A stretch of 63,807 bases of DNA from a virus (taxonomy: Duplodnaviria > Caudoviricetes). Shown here one piece after another: positions 27,216-37,883 of the stretch. The notes beneath the pieces are model-generated. The model was not told the origin of the DNA. It ran no database searches and saw only the letters and a list, made by a program, of their open reading frames with translations. Numbering within the stretch: the first letter of the stretch is position 1; each line of letters begins with the position of its first letter. Made by a program: the position numbers and the translations under genes. Location of the stretch: positions 1-63,807 of the IMG/VR virus record IMGVR_UViG_3300050138_000202. One strand, written 5' to 3'.

Positions 27216-29996
27216 ATGGCACAACGTTTAGTAACATCATTCGTCAACACCGTAATTCCAAGCGCACCAGTGAACACGACTGTTACAAGTCAACCTGTTG
27301 GTTTGGGTGCATCCGGTATCGTAGTAATCATGGGTGAAGCTGATGCAGGACCTAGCTATGAAACGACTGTTTTATCAGCCAATTCGTTTACCCCTGATCA
27401 AATGTCAAAAGTTGTTCAGAAATATGGCAGCGGTCAGATTGTAGACGCCTTCGCGGCACTTTCTGCGCCTTCGAATGATCCCGATATTACCGGAACTGCG
27501 AATCTGATCTACATCGTTAAAACGAATAGTGGAAGTAAGGCTTCTGCAATCGTCCCAGGATACGGCACTTTAACGTCTCTGAACAATGGTACGGCTGGAA
27601 ATCTTTTCAGCTACACCGTTACTTCTACCGCTCCTGAAGTTCCCCCACAAGTTACTGGAACTACTGTTCCTGCTTTCGGCTCTCTTCTCAATGGCGACAC
27701 TTTCTCTATTCGCTTGAATGGTGGAGCAGCTAGTGTTATTACGCTAAGTTCCGCTAGTGGCGGAGCGTCTCCTTCTGCAGCACAAACTGCGGCTTCTGCA
27801 GAATATACTACTTTACAGGGCATGGCCAATTCTGGTACTTCTGGCGGTCTCATCAATTCTGAACTTGGTGGTCAAAGCTTGGGTCCTGGCGTATACAAAG
27901 CTACTTCTGGCACGGCTGGATCATTTACGTTGAATGGAACCCTTACTCTTACGGGTACCGCAACAGACGTATTCGTTTTTCAGACGACTGCATCCACCAT
28001 TATTACGGGTGGAACTAGTACTCCTACTATCATTCTTGCTGGCGGAGCATTAGCTAAAAACGTTTACTGGTTGGCTGGTTCTTCTGCCACCCTAAATAGT
28101 TCCTTCGTTGGAACATTCCAAGGTAACGTTATCGCTCAAGCAAGTATTACTAATACGCTTGGTGGAACGGTTAACGGTTCACTCATTGCTCTTACTGGTG
28201 CGGTAACCCTTAGCGCACCAACTGTTGTCAATGCTCAGAATGCTCCTCTACTTGGGGTTGCTGGAGCTTTTGGTCTCTTGGGAGCATCTGCTGTAACTGG
28301 TAGCGCTGCTGCTGGTACCATTGTTAACGGCGACGTGGGATCTTCTCCAACAAATACTATTACCAACTTTCCTCCAGGCATAGTCAATACTGGAGTTCAT
28401 TCGACACTTGCTGAACTGATCATAGAGCTTAATTCCCTTCTACCTGCAGGCATTACGGCTTCGGCGGGAGTGGCTCCAAACACCCTCAAGCTAACGATGG
28501 CTCCCAGTGCTTTTCCATACGCATCTGGTTCTGGTCTGTCTTTCGAGTTGATCGATTCTACTCCTGGCGATCTAGCTGCGCTCGGTCTAACCGCTGGCTT
28601 GTCTACTTCTAGCGAAGAACCAGCAGTTGAAGTTCAGATTGTTAATTCTACGACTGGCATCAATGAGATCCTCGGCGTTTCTCCGAACGTGGCAATGACT
28701 GTCGGATATGCCGGTGTGACTGGAACTCTGACTATCAACGGTACTACTCTTACGACTAGCGTTGCTCCTAGTAGCGCTAACCTTTCGATTGTACTTTCTC
28801 AGTATACGACCATTGGTCAGTTAGCTGCTTTCATTAATGCTCAGCCTGGGTATTCTGCGACCGCTAGTCCTTCGGCCCTTCAGCTTCCAACTTCGGCACT
28901 GGATCAAGTGACGGCTATAGGGATTGCTTCGACAACCGGAACTCAACCTGGACGTATTAAAGACTCCCTTTACGAATTCCAACAACAGATGAATAGCTCG
29001 ACCGCTCTAGGTTTCACGGCCACTGCGGTTGCTGGTCTTCCGGCTCCAGGGTCTTTGACTTACTTGGCTGGTGGAACACGCGGCGCAACGTCTGCTGCAG
29101 ATATCGTAAATGCTATCGCACAAATGGCAGGAATACAATGTAATATCATTGTTCCCCTGTTCTCTCAGGATGCAACCGAAGATATTCTTCTTGGATTGAC
29201 TGACCCAACTTCGGCTTACACGATTGCTGCAATCAACGCAGCGACCAAAAATCACTGTATTGAGTACAGCACTCCAAAGCTCGCAAGAAATCGTATCTGT
29301 ATCCTGTCTTTCTGGGACAATACGCAAAACACTTATGCAAACGCGAAAGCCGCCGCACAAGGTCTCGCAAGCTATCGCTGTTCACTGACTTGTCAGTGTC
29401 CAACTCAGGTCAACTCTGTGGGTGTCATCACCACTTTCATGCCTTGGTACAACGCAGTTGTAGCTGCTGGTATGCAAGCCGGTGGATTCTACAAGTCGAT
29501 TTGCAACAAGCTTGCAAACGTTATCAGTTTCAAAGATCCTGCTGGATATGATTCTGGAAGTCCTGGCGACGTCGAAGACGCATTGCTCGCAGGTCTTTTG
29601 GTTATGGAAAAATCTAGTGCAGGCGAATCGTGGGTTAGTGACCAAACTACCTACGGCTTTGACACCAATTTCGTCTATAACAGCATTCAGGCCGTCTACG
29701 CTTCTGACCTTATCTCTCTCGATATGGGCGCAAGCTTCAAGGCAGCCTTTGTTGGTAAATCACTCGCTGATATCAGCGCAGCAACTGGTTTGAGCTATCT
29801 GGCTCAGAAAATGGCTGGCTATATGCGAATTAAACTGATCGCCACAAGCGACGATGCACCTGCAGGATACAAAAACGCCTCGGTTCAAATCCTGGCACCT
29901 GTTATGTACGTCAACGTGGAGATCAAACTGGCAACGGCTATCTACTTCGTGCCTATCAGCATCAATATCTCGCAGATCCAACAGTCTGCGGGCTAA
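27216..29996 (+). CDS. Contractile tail sheath protein with inserted ice-binding (DUF3494) domain
   Basis: N-terminal VIMGEADAGP, C-terminal sheath domain (VSDQTTY, YNSIQ, IYFVPISINI); DUF3494 motifs at about 27770-28403. Confidence 0.88.
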   Translation: MAQRLVTSFVNTVIPSAPVNTTVTSQPVGLGASGIVVIMGEADAGPSYETTVLSANSFTPDQMSKVVQKYGSGQIVDAFAALSAPSNDPDITGTANLIYIVKTNSGSKASAIVPGYGTLTSLNNGTAGNLFSYTVTSTAPEVPPQVTGTTVPAFGSLLNGDTFSIRLNGGAASVITLSSASGGASPSAAQTAASAEYTTLQGMANSGTSGGLINSELGGQSLGPGVYKATSGTAGSFTLNGTLTLTGTATDVFVFQTTASTIITGGTSTPTIILAGGALAKNVYWLAGSSATLNSSFVGTFQGNVIAQASITNTLGGTVNGSLIALTGAVTLSAPTVVNAQNAPLLGVAGAFGLLGASAVTGSAAAGTIVNGDVGSSPTNTITNFPPGIVNTGVHSTLAELIIELNSLLPAGITASAGVAPNTLKLTMAPSAFPYASGSGLSFELIDSTPGDLAALGLTAGLSTSSEEPAVEVQIVNSTTGINEILGVSPNVAMTVGYAGVTGTLTINGTTLTTSVAPSSANLSIVLSQYTTIGQLAAFINAQPGYSATASPSALQLPTSALDQVTAIGIASTTGTQPGRIKDSLYEFQQQMNSSTALGFTATAVAGLPAPGSLTYLAGGTRGATSAADIVNAIAQMAGIQCNIIVPLFSQDATEDILLGLTDPTSAYTIAAINAATKNHCIEYSTPKLARNRICILSFWDNTQNTYANAKAAAQGLASYRCSLTCQCPTQVNSVGVITTFMPWYNAVVAAGMQAGGFYKSICNKLANVISFKDPAGYDSGSPGDVEDALLAGLLVMEKSSAGESWVSDQTTYGFDTNFVYNSIQAVYASDLISLDMGASFKAAFVGKSLADISAATGLSYLAQKMAGYMRIKLIATSDDAPAGYKNASVQILAPVMYVNVEIKLATAIYFVPISINISQIQQSAG

Positions 29997-30019
29997 TCTT
30001 TAGTCTATAGGAGTTTTAC

Positions 30020-30499
30020 ATGTCATATACCATTACAGGCGCTCGGGCGCTAGTTTACGTAAATAACCGTCTCGTGGGCATCTTTGAAAGCTGTACCGTG
30101 TCTAACACGACCAGCACAGAAGCTATCCATTTGCTTGGTCGCTTTACTCCCGCTGAAATCGCAATCACCGCACAAGAAGCTGTAAATATTACATGTGCTG
30201 GTTTTAGGGTCGCAGGAAACGGTGTCAACATCCTTCCAGCAGTTCCTAAAGTTCAAGATTTGCTGAATTTTCAACCTTTTACCATCACGGTCGTTGATCG
30301 GCAATCGCCTGCAAACGCTCCTATTGTTCTGGAAACAATTTTAGGTTGTGTTCCAACTTCGAACAATACGAATTATAACGCAAAGGCATCCAGCCGCGTA
30401 AACGTCAGCTACATGGGAATTATCAGTTCCAATGAAAGCGGTACACAATCAGAGAGCGGCGTAGTGCCGGATCTCGCGCCACCTTCGGCAAGCTCGTAA
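30020..30499 (+). CDS. Tail tube protein
   Basis: Follows sheath; TITGARA..VG, IHLLGRFTPAEI, ITVVDRQ. Confidence 0.85.
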   Translation: MSYTITGARALVYVNNRLVGIFESCTVSNTTSTEAIHLLGRFTPAEIAITAQEAVNITCAGFRVAGNGVNILPAVPKVQDLLNFQPFTITVVDRQSPANAPIVLETILGCVPTSNNTNYNAKASSRVNVSYMGIISSNESGTQSESGVVPDLAPPSASS

Positions 30500-30530
30500 T
30501 TTCTACAATCCTTAGAAGTGTAAACTTTAC

Positions 30531-30560
30531 AAGGCCCATGTTTTCATGGGCTTTTTTATT
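30531..30560 (+). terminator. Rho-independent terminator
   Basis: GCCCATG/CATGGGC stem plus T-run. Confidence 0.85.
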
Positions 30561-30604
30561 TTCTTAGGTGTGATTGCCAGATTCAGAGCACTAATCTTAG
30601 TATC

Positions 30605-31012
30605 ATGATTAAAGATCCTTTTGTAAGAAAATGGCATGATTTGAAATATTTATATGGAATCGAGGCGGCAGATTATTTTAAAGCTCATCCAGCCTGTCAG
30701 CATTGTCCTGAGAAGCGAATTGCGGCCCTAACAGTACATCACACCAAGGGCAGGCAGGTAAACGAGTTCGAGACCTTATGCTTCAATTGCCATATGATTC
30801 ACCATGCAAAGCACAAGACATTCACCTATGAAGATCACTTGAAATTTGTCGATAAGAAACAAGACAGATTAAATGAAACTCAAGAGATGTATGATCGAAT
30901 GGTCAAAAGATATTCTGAACTTAAAAGTTTGCGACGTACCGCGAAAGAGTTCGGAGTCAGTACTGGACCAATTCGACGTGCTCTAGCCAGAATGCGCCTA
31001 CCTGTCCAGTAG
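30605..31012 (+). CDS. HNH endonuclease with C-terminal HTH
   Basis: CQHC..LTVHH..TLCFNCHMIHH; SLRRTAKEFGVS. Confidence 0.8.
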   Translation: MIKDPFVRKWHDLKYLYGIEAADYFKAHPACQHCPEKRIAALTVHHTKGRQVNEFETLCFNCHMIHHAKHKTFTYEDHLKFVDKKQDRLNETQEMYDRMVKRYSELKSLRRTAKEFGVSTGPIRRALARMRLPVQ

Positions 31013-31124
31013 GAGATCGTCGGTGCGAATACGACCAGCACCGCCACCTATTGCGCCAATCTTAACCCTGTGTCCACAGCTAATCAACGATGTAGCTTTT
31101 TCAAGGACCAATAGGACTTAAACG

Positions 31125-34100
31125 ATGGCAAACACTAAAATTTCTCAATTACCAGTTGCCACCGGCACCAGCGGTCCAGACCTATATACGCTCGTTCAGG
31201 GCGGAGTGAATAAGAGCATCTCTCTCTCGGTACTGGCAGCCGCCATAGGCGTTGGCAGCGGCATTACGCAACTGACTGGCGATATCGCTGCCGGTCCTGG
31301 CTCTGGCTCCCAAGTCGCATCTTTAGTTGCCACGTCGAATAGCACACTCGTTACTCTATCCGCGCTCGCTCTTCCTTGGGCACAGCTGTCTGGCACCGTA
31401 CCTACTTTTAATCAAAATACGACCGGAAACGCTGCAACCGCAACTTTCGCAACTTCTGCTAGCACCGCAGCAACCGCTACACATGCCGTCACTGCTGGCA
31501 CGGCTAGCACAGCTCTAGTTGCTATAAATATGCCATACAGCGGTCTTACGGGCACCGTTCCTACTTGGAATCAGAATACGACTGGAACTGCAGCAAACAT
31601 TACTGCGACTTCAAACTCGACGCTAACTACGCTGTCAAGTTTGTCACTTCCATATTCTCAGCTGACGGGAACAGTTCCCACTTGGAACCAAAATACCACT
31701 GGGAATGCTGCGACCGCAACCACTGCTGTAAATATTACTGCAACTACAAATAGTACGTTGATCACGCTGTCGGCATTAGCACTTCCATATTCACAATTGA
31801 CTGGTACGGTCCCAACCTGGAACCAAAATACAACTGGCACCGCTGCTAATATTACAGCAAGCTCTAACGCTACGCTGACGACATTGTCAAGTTTGTCACT
31901 TCCTTATTCACAAATCACTGGTGCTCCAGCTTCTGGGGTTTCATCTGTCAACTCGTTGACTGGCGCTCTGAATATCGTTGCAGGTGCAGGTATTTCTGTA
32001 ACTCCTTCTGGAACAAATATTACAATCGCAATGACGGGTAGTAGTGGTATCAACCAATTAACTGGCGACGTTACAGCCGGTCCTGGTACTGGTTCCCAAG
32101 TTGCAACCTTAGTCGCAACATCTAATAGTACACTCGTTACTCTATCGAGTTTAGCGCTTCCTTATTCTCAGTTGACAGGAACAGTACCTACTTGGAACCA
32201 AAATACTACCGGCACTGCAGCGAATATCACTGCAAGTTCAAATAGTACCCTTGTTACCCTGTCTAGTTTAGCTTTGCCTTATTCGCAATTGACTGGTACT
32301 GTTCCGACGTGGAACCAAAATACAACTGGCACCGCTGCTAATATTACAGCAAGCTCTAACGCTACGCTGACGACATTGTCATTATTGAGTCTGCCATATT
32401 CTCAGCTATCTGGTACGGTCCCAACCTGGAACCAAAACACAACCGGAACAGCGGCCAATATTACGGACGCTTCGAATTCAACTCTGATCACATTATCAAG
32501 TTTGTCGCTTCCGTATTCACAAATCACAGGTGTTCCCGCTAACGTTTCGTCCCTGAATTCACTTGTTGGTGCTTTGACCTTGGTTGCTGGATCTGGAATA
32601 TCGATCATTCCTTCTGGCTCAAATATTACCATCACTGCGACTGGCGGTGGCGGTGGCATCAATCAATTAACTGGCGATGTAACTGCTGGACCTGGAAGTG
32701 GAAGTCAGGTTGCAAGCTTAGTCGCTACATCCAACAGCACGCTTGTTACGCTATCTGTATTGGCGCTTCCATATTCGCAATTAATCGGAACAGTACCTAC
32801 TTGGAACCAAAATACGACTGGTAACGCTGCCACGGTTACAACCAATGCTAATTTAACAGGTCCCGTTACAAGCGTAGGAAACGCAACCGCTATCGCTAAT
32901 GGCGCTATCTCTAACGCCATGTTGGCAAACAGCGCGGTCGCCAACCTCTCTGGAACAAATACTGGCGACGTCACCCTAACTGCTGTTGGTGCGACTCCTA
33001 ATGCCAACGGCGCTAGTCTATCTGGTCAAGTACTGACTCTACAGCCAGCAAACGCATCATTCCCTGGCGTACTTACCGCTGCTGACTGGAATACGTTTAA
33101 CAATAAGCTCGACGCTTCTCGTGGCAATTACATAACCAATCCAGACGCTGAAGTAAATACGGCTGGATGGAACCTGTATAATAATCAGGGTAATCCTGCA
33201 CAAGCTTTTGTTGTAGCAAATGATATCACCTATACGGCTGTCGCAGCTGGCAGTGCCGGAAACGGCATCAATATTGACTATATTTTCCATCCTACTCAGA
33301 GCTATCTTACTCCTCTCGTTACGGTCGTGTCGTCAACGCACGTCACCGTTGCTTGGTATAACGGTCCTACGATTGCGAACAATCCTACAGCGACACAGCT
33401 TAAGGCTGCGTGGGACGCTGTTCCTGGGGCGGTCGCTCTAGCCACGGCAGCTATTACTGGCGTTGCAGGAAATCTACAATACATCACCGGCTCACACATC
33501 ACGGCACTTGGCGGAGACGCCTCTCCTGTTGATGGAACTGGCGGAGCTGTCACTGGTGTTACATTTACCAGAAGTCTGATCAATCCACTAGTCGGAATTG
33601 CATCTTTTGATCTTGGTAAAGACGGAGTATCTCGCCAAGGCGAGGGCGTAAGTACAGATTTCATGATCAACAGTCTCGACAAGGGTCAAACACTTCAGGT
33701 GAGTTTTGCCTATAGTGGATCGTCTGGAATGGTGCTTGGTGCAAATTCTGATGTTCAGGTGTTCGTGTACGATATTACGAATGCAGTTTTGATCCCCGTA
33801 ACTCCACTTCGAACTATTGCAGGTCCTGTCAGCACGGCCAAGACATTCACTGGTCAGTTTAAGGCTTCTGCGACCAGCGTAAATTACCGACTCATTCTCC
33901 ACATTGCGACTGCAAACACTACTGCGTGGGATCTACAATTAGATAATTTTGTTCTCAACAGCGTTCTAAGTGCAGTGGCAGCTACGCAAGTTCCATCACT
34001 TGTTCTTTTAGCCAATCCTGTCAGCGGCGCTGTAACAGATCACATGGTCGTAATGTGGACAGATGGAGCGCAGCAATGGGTTCCGGCCACCATCACTGGT

Positions 34101-35837
34101 GCCGCTGGTTCAATTTCTGGCGATCCAGGCGTTATGTTGGGATTTGCCACAAACATCGTGGGACTGACTGCCGATATTTATATTCGCGGCTACATGAGTG
34201 GATTTAGTTTTGGTCCATTTGTCGGCTACGAACAATACATAGACAATACCGCTGGTCAAATTTCTCCCTTACCTTCGCCATTCAATGACACATACGTTGG
34301 AGTTGGTAAATCTATCAGTTCAACCGAACTCAATATTGATTTCTACAAACATGTCGACGCAGTTGGCGTCAAAGGTGGATTGCTTTCACATAGCGCAGTG
34401 AATGACGGTACAGGAGATCAGGTTCTTGCTGTAGGCGGTAATGGTAACGTTCTAGTAGCAAACTCTGCTGCAGCTTTAGGCATCAATTGGGCACCAGCTG
34501 TTGTCGCTGGTACAGGTTTGACCTATACCACTGCTACTCGCGCTCTTGCCTTATCAAACTTAGCTGGTGATGTTACTGGTGCTCCTCAAGCAAACACAAT
34601 TGCTGCCGCTACGGTGACTGGTAAATTAATTACAGGGTTTGTTTCTGGTGCTGGCGTTGTCGCAGCAACTGACACGATTCTTCAAGCAATCAACAAACTA
34701 AATGGAAACATCGCGCTTAAACAATCAAGCACTCTAACAAGTGGCCATATTTTGGTTGGAAACGTATCAAACGTAGCTACAGACGTTGCTATGACTGGCG
34801 ATATCACCATTACAAATGCGGGCGTAACCGCTATTGGTGCCAACAAGGTCACCAACGCCCTACTTGCTCAGATGCCTGCCAATACCTTCAAGGGTAATAA
34901 CACAGGATCAACCGCAAACGCTCTCGATTTGACTGCCAGCCAACTTTCTGCTGCGTTGAATTCTAGTATCGTAAATAGTTCTGCGGTGAGCGGAGCAACT
35001 GTCACTGACGCCCTCAACACCCTAAATCAGTCTGTCCAGGAAGTTCTTTTAAGCGCCATAAATAATGGATCTGCCGTTACAGCAAACACGACGATTGCGA
35101 CTTGGACTACGGTAAACGTGGATACGTTGTCGGGTTTCGTCGCCTCAACTGGTATTTACACTGTTGCTGTTGCTGGAGATTATCTAGTAGATTTCTCAGC
35201 CGCCACTACCATCGGCACGCCTTTAGCACAGGTTTACAAAAACGGAGTGTTGGTTCAAACTGGAATCGGCTCTGGAGTTAGAACAACTGTCAATACCGTA
35301 ATTACTGGATGTATCGTAGGCGACACCATCACTGTCGCCCTAGACACGTCTTTGACTTTGACGTCGACAAATACAGACACGATCTTGAATATCAGTAAGA
35401 TTTCGGGATATGCTAGTCAGACGATTAATGCTCGTTATCATTCTTGCGCGACCACGATCACTAGTGTTTTGGCAACCGTTACATATACGGTCACTGATTT
35501 CGCGACTAATCCAGCAGCATATTCAGCTGGAGTATATACGATTGCAAGTGCTGGCAAGTATTTAATCAAGGCAAGCTTGAGCTTGACCGCTGCGGCTGCA
35601 GTCGCAGGTAATAACTACGACATCATTATCCGTAAAAATGGCGTAGAAATAGCCAGAAACAAATATGTCGTCGGTGCTGCAACACAAAAACCCAATACGG
35701 TTGTGGTTGATGACTTGGTCTCTTGCGCAATAGGCGACACAATAGACATTCAAGCTTCAGCAGCAGGAACTACGCCAAGTATCAGTAACGGTACGACTAG
35801 TTTGAATTTTTTCTACGTCATGAAAATGAGTAATTAA
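31125..35837 (+). CDS. Giant tail fibre/adhesin-like virion protein
   Basis: 1570 aa Thr/Ala/Gly/Ser-rich; MANTKISQLP N-terminus; tandem repeats; C-terminal C1q-like beta domains (GIYTVAVAGDY, GVYTIASAGKY). Confidence 0.8.
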   Translation: MANTKISQLPVATGTSGPDLYTLVQGGVNKSISLSVLAAAIGVGSGITQLTGDIAAGPGSGSQVASLVATSNSTLVTLSALALPWAQLSGTVPTFNQNTTGNAATATFATSASTAATATHAVTAGTASTALVAINMPYSGLTGTVPTWNQNTTGTAANITATSNSTLTTLSSLSLPYSQLTGTVPTWNQNTTGNAATATTAVNITATTNSTLITLSALALPYSQLTGTVPTWNQNTTGTAANITASSNATLTTLSSLSLPYSQITGAPASGVSSVNSLTGALNIVAGAGISVTPSGTNITIAMTGSSGINQLTGDVTAGPGTGSQVATLVATSNSTLVTLSSLALPYSQLTGTVPTWNQNTTGTAANITASSNSTLVTLSSLALPYSQLTGTVPTWNQNTTGTAANITASSNATLTTLSLLSLPYSQLSGTVPTWNQNTTGTAANITDASNSTLITLSSLSLPYSQITGVPANVSSLNSLVGALTLVAGSGISIIPSGSNITITATGGGGGINQLTGDVTAGPGSGSQVASLVATSNSTLVTLSVLALPYSQLIGTVPTWNQNTTGNAATVTTNANLTGPVTSVGNATAIANGAISNAMLANSAVANLSGTNTGDVTLTAVGATPNANGASLSGQVLTLQPANASFPGVLTAADWNTFNNKLDASRGNYITNPDAEVNTAGWNLYNNQGNPAQAFVVANDITYTAVAAGSAGNGINIDYIFHPTQSYLTPLVTVVSSTHVTVAWYNGPTIANNPTATQLKAAWDAVPGAVALATAAITGVAGNLQYITGSHITALGGDASPVDGTGGAVTGVTFTRSLINPLVGIASFDLGKDGVSRQGEGVSTDFMINSLDKGQTLQVSFAYSGSSGMVLGANSDVQVFVYDITNAVLIPVTPLRTIAGPVSTAKTFTGQFKASATSVNYRLILHIATANTTAWDLQLDNFVLNSVLSAVAATQVPSLVLLANPVSGAVTDHMVVMWTDGAQQWVPATITGAAGSISGDPGVMLGFATNIVGLTADIYIRGYMSGFSFGPFVGYEQYIDNTAGQISPLPSPFNDTYVGVGKSISSTELNIDFYKHVDAVGVKGGLLSHSAVNDGTGDQVLAVGGNGNVLVANSAAALGINWAPAVVAGTGLTYTTATRALALSNLAGDVTGAPQANTIAAATVTGKLITGFVSGAGVVAATDTILQAINKLNGNIALKQSSTLTSGHILVGNVSNVATDVAMTGDITITNAGVTAIGANKVTNALLAQMPANTFKGNNTGSTANALDLTASQLSAALNSSIVNSSAVSGATVTDALNTLNQSVQEVLLSAINNGSAVTANTTIATWTTVNVDTLSGFVASTGIYTVAVAGDYLVDFSAATTIGTPLAQVYKNGVLVQTGIGSGVRTTVNTVITGCIVGDTITVALDTSLTLTSTNTDTILNISKISGYASQTINARYHSCATTITSVLATVTYTVTDFATNPAAYSAGVYTIASAGKYLIKASLSLTAAAAVAGNNYDIIIRKNGVEIARNKYVVGAATQKPNTVVVDDLVSCAIGDTIDIQASAAGTTPSISNGTTSLNFFYVMKMSN
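31240..32830 (+). repeat. Coding tandem repeats in the fibre gene
   Basis: 8 copies of VPT(W/F)NQNTTG units and 3 copies of QLTGD..AGPG.GSQVA; exact 72-nt duplicate at 31818-31889 and 32310-32381. Confidence 0.9.
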
Positions 35838-35847
35838 GGGAGAGGCG

Positions 35848-36069
35848 ATGCTAAAAGAACAGGTAATCAGCAATACGTGGGAATGTGACTCCTGTCACAT
35901 TCAGTCTACGGCGCAAAACAATCCATTTTACAATATTGTCGTTAGTTTACCTAGTGGTCCTAACACCAATCCTTGCTCAATGGATCTGTGCCAAACTTGT
36001 GTCAAGCTAATTACGCTTGAGCCCGTAGCGGATTTGATCACAAGTTTAGCTCTATTTCCTAGCGAATAG
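35848..36069 (+). CDS. Small Cys-containing hypothetical protein
   Basis: GAGG RBS; CDSC and DLCQTC. Confidence 0.6.
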   Translation: MLKEQVISNTWECDSCHIQSTAQNNPFYNIVVSLPSGPNTNPCSMDLCQTCVKLITLEPVADLITSLALFPSE

Positions 36070-36070
36070 A

Positions 36071-36457
36071 CTAGACTTCTAGAATTGAATCTTTGAGCTT
36101 TCGAACTTCTTCAACAGAAATGTTGTCGACCTTTTCGATAATGTCGGAAAGCTTGATCTTTTCCATTTCAACTTCCATGGCCAGCAATTCGGAATATTCC
36201 TTGGCGAATGATGCTGCGTCTTCTTCAGATTTGAATAAAACGCTACGCTGCTCATCTTCTACGAAAGAGCCGTCTTCTTTAAGTTGACCGTATTTTTTCA
36301 AAGCGGCAATACGAGTGGCCTCGAATTTCTTCAATTCGACTTTGACGGCGCTATCGATACCATCAAGTTTATACGAGACTTTCATCGGAAGTCCTGCGTT
36401 GATTAACTTAGCTAGACCAGTATGGAATGCGGGTTCTAGCAATGCTTGTAGTTTCAT
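36071..36457 (-). CDS. Hypothetical phage protein (DUF1617-like)
   Basis: LPMKVSYKL, KYG, ELLAMEVE pattern; AGGAG RBS. Confidence 0.6.
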   Translation of the reverse strand: MKLQALLEPAFHTGLAKLINAGLPMKVSYKLDGIDSAVKVELKKFEATRIAALKKYGQLKEDGSFVEDEQRSVLFKSEEDAASFAKEYSELLAMEVEMEKIKLSDIIEKVDNISVEEVRKLKDSILEV

Positions 36458-36465
36458 TTTATCTC

Positions 36466-36879
36466 CTAGGTTCTAAATTGAACCAAATCGTTTAAGTAGT
36501 CTAAAAACTCTTCATAACTCATAGTGTGCTTGGCGTGATTACAAATTGAGCAACACGTTACCGTATTTTCAGCCGTATATCCAGCGCCATTATCTTTTCT
36601 GTCCAGCCCGTTTACTAAAATCCAGGCTCTTTCCACGTTTTCTTTCCTAATCACCAATTTGCCGTTAGCCTCGACAGGAGAGCCGTCTTTCTTCAGGTAT
36701 TTATTATACGGTCTAGGCTTTCTGCCACAATAATGGCAGGCGTCCTGTGTCATCACTCTAAACGTTTCAAAAGAAAGACCAAAGCTGTAATCTCTTGCTG
36801 CGGCTGATCTTCTATATATCAGGAAAAAACTTCTAAAACTAGCTTCTCCTGGTTCCCGAAAATGACTGGCGTACTTCAC
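36466..36879 (-). CDS. HNH-type endonuclease
   Basis: CHYCG..NGLDRKDN..GYTAENTVTCCSICNHAK; GTG start overlapping the upstream TAG. Confidence 0.8.
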   Translation of the reverse strand: MKYASHFREPGEASFRSFFLIYRRSAAARDYSFGLSFETFRVMTQDACHYCGRKPRPYNKYLKKDGSPVEANGKLVIRKENVERAWILVNGLDRKDNGAGYTAENTVTCCSICNHAKHTMSYEEFLDYLNDLVQFRT

Positions 36880-37271
36880 TAATGCGCTCTGGATAGCTGT
36901 GCGGCAGTCATGCCCAGCCCTACTGCGCTCAATATGCCAAGCCCAAACCAGATCCACTCGTTCTGCTTCTTAATCGAATCCATTTTTTGAACATTATCTT
37001 CAAGCTTCAAAGACGTATCCATCCAGTTCTGTGCGCGTGCATCGGACTTCGTGATAGCCAAATCCTTGAGAGTAATCGCCTGCTTGTAATCCTGAATCTG
37101 CTTGTCCTTGGTGGCGTTGTCCTGCACTGACTGTCCGACACAGACGTGGTCAGCTTTGGAATAGGTTACGGTCCCATCGGGATTGTGAACCAAATCCTTG
37201 AAGTTGCAGTCTGCAAGGCAAAGATTCGAAAACAAAGTAAATGCTGCTATAATAGAGATTAGCTTTTTCAT
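36879..37271 (-). CDS. Exported/membrane protein, possible spanin-like lysis accessory
   Basis: Signal peptide, coiled coil, C-terminal TM. Confidence 0.5.
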   Translation of the reverse strand: MKKLISIIAAFTLFSNLCLADCNFKDLVHNPDGTVTYSKADHVCVGQSVQDNATKDKQIQDYKQAITLKDLAITKSDARAQNWMDTSLKLEDNVQKMDSIKKQNEWIWFGLGILSAVGLGMTAAQLSRAH

Positions 37272-37567
37272 TTTGGGCATTCCGCTGGTTTGAAGTTTGG
37301 ATTACGAAGCTCGACAAACGCCACTGGACCCTCTTGTGTGTTGGCACTAGAGGTTGCTGACACTTCTGAATATCCACCTAAAATATCGTTTCTAACAACT
37401 TTCGCAATCACACCCTGTCTGGGAGCTGCGAAGCATTCCCCGACCTTGTATGGTGGCACATGCTCGTATACGAATCCAATCGCATTGGCGAGTGAAAACA
37501 GAACGCAAAGTACAATTGCAACTTTAAGGAAACCTTCAGTTCCCTTACTTTTTATCCCAGTCGTCAT
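37268..37567 (-). CDS. Membrane-anchored hypothetical protein
   Basis: Single N-terminal TM; ATGA coupling. Confidence 0.55.
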   Translation of the reverse strand: MTTGIKSKGTEGFLKVAIVLCVLFSLANAIGFVYEHVPPYKVGECFAAPRQGVIAKVVRNDILGGYSEVSATSSANTQEGPVAFVELRNPNFKPAECPK

Positions 37568-37883
37568 CGACCTTTCCTTGTTGCGCGGGTAGCGCATCTG
37601 CTTTTTTTACGAGCGCGTCAGCCTGCTGATTTGCGGCGTCTTCTTGTGCTTTCAGTTGTGTGTCGGTCTTCTGAGCCGCCTCTATATCCTTCTTGGATGC
37701 CGAAGCTAGAAGGCTCATGGCAATATCGCCGAATTTGGCTATCAGCAGTCCTGCGCCGACCAATATGAAAAGTATGCCGTATTTCGACCACATCTCTTTG
37801 ATTATTGAGGGGGTCGGCGTTGCTGCGGGTTGAGCCGCAGGTGCTGCGGGTGAGGCCGCTGGAGGGGTCTGTTCGTCTGCCAT
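37545..37883 (-). CDS. TM plus coiled-coil protein (i-spanin-like)
   Basis: TM segment followed by an Ala/Gln helix. Confidence 0.5.
   Translation of the reverse strand: MADEQTPPAASPAAPAAQPAATPTPSIIKEMWSKYGILFILVGAGLLIAKFGDIAMSLLASASKKDIEAAQKTDTQLKAQEDAANQQADALVKKADALPAQQGKVDDDWDKK

Noticed and set aside
31240-32830. Diversity-generating retroelement TR/VR pair
   Set aside because: Differences are synonymous rather than adenine-specific, and no reverse transcriptase is present.
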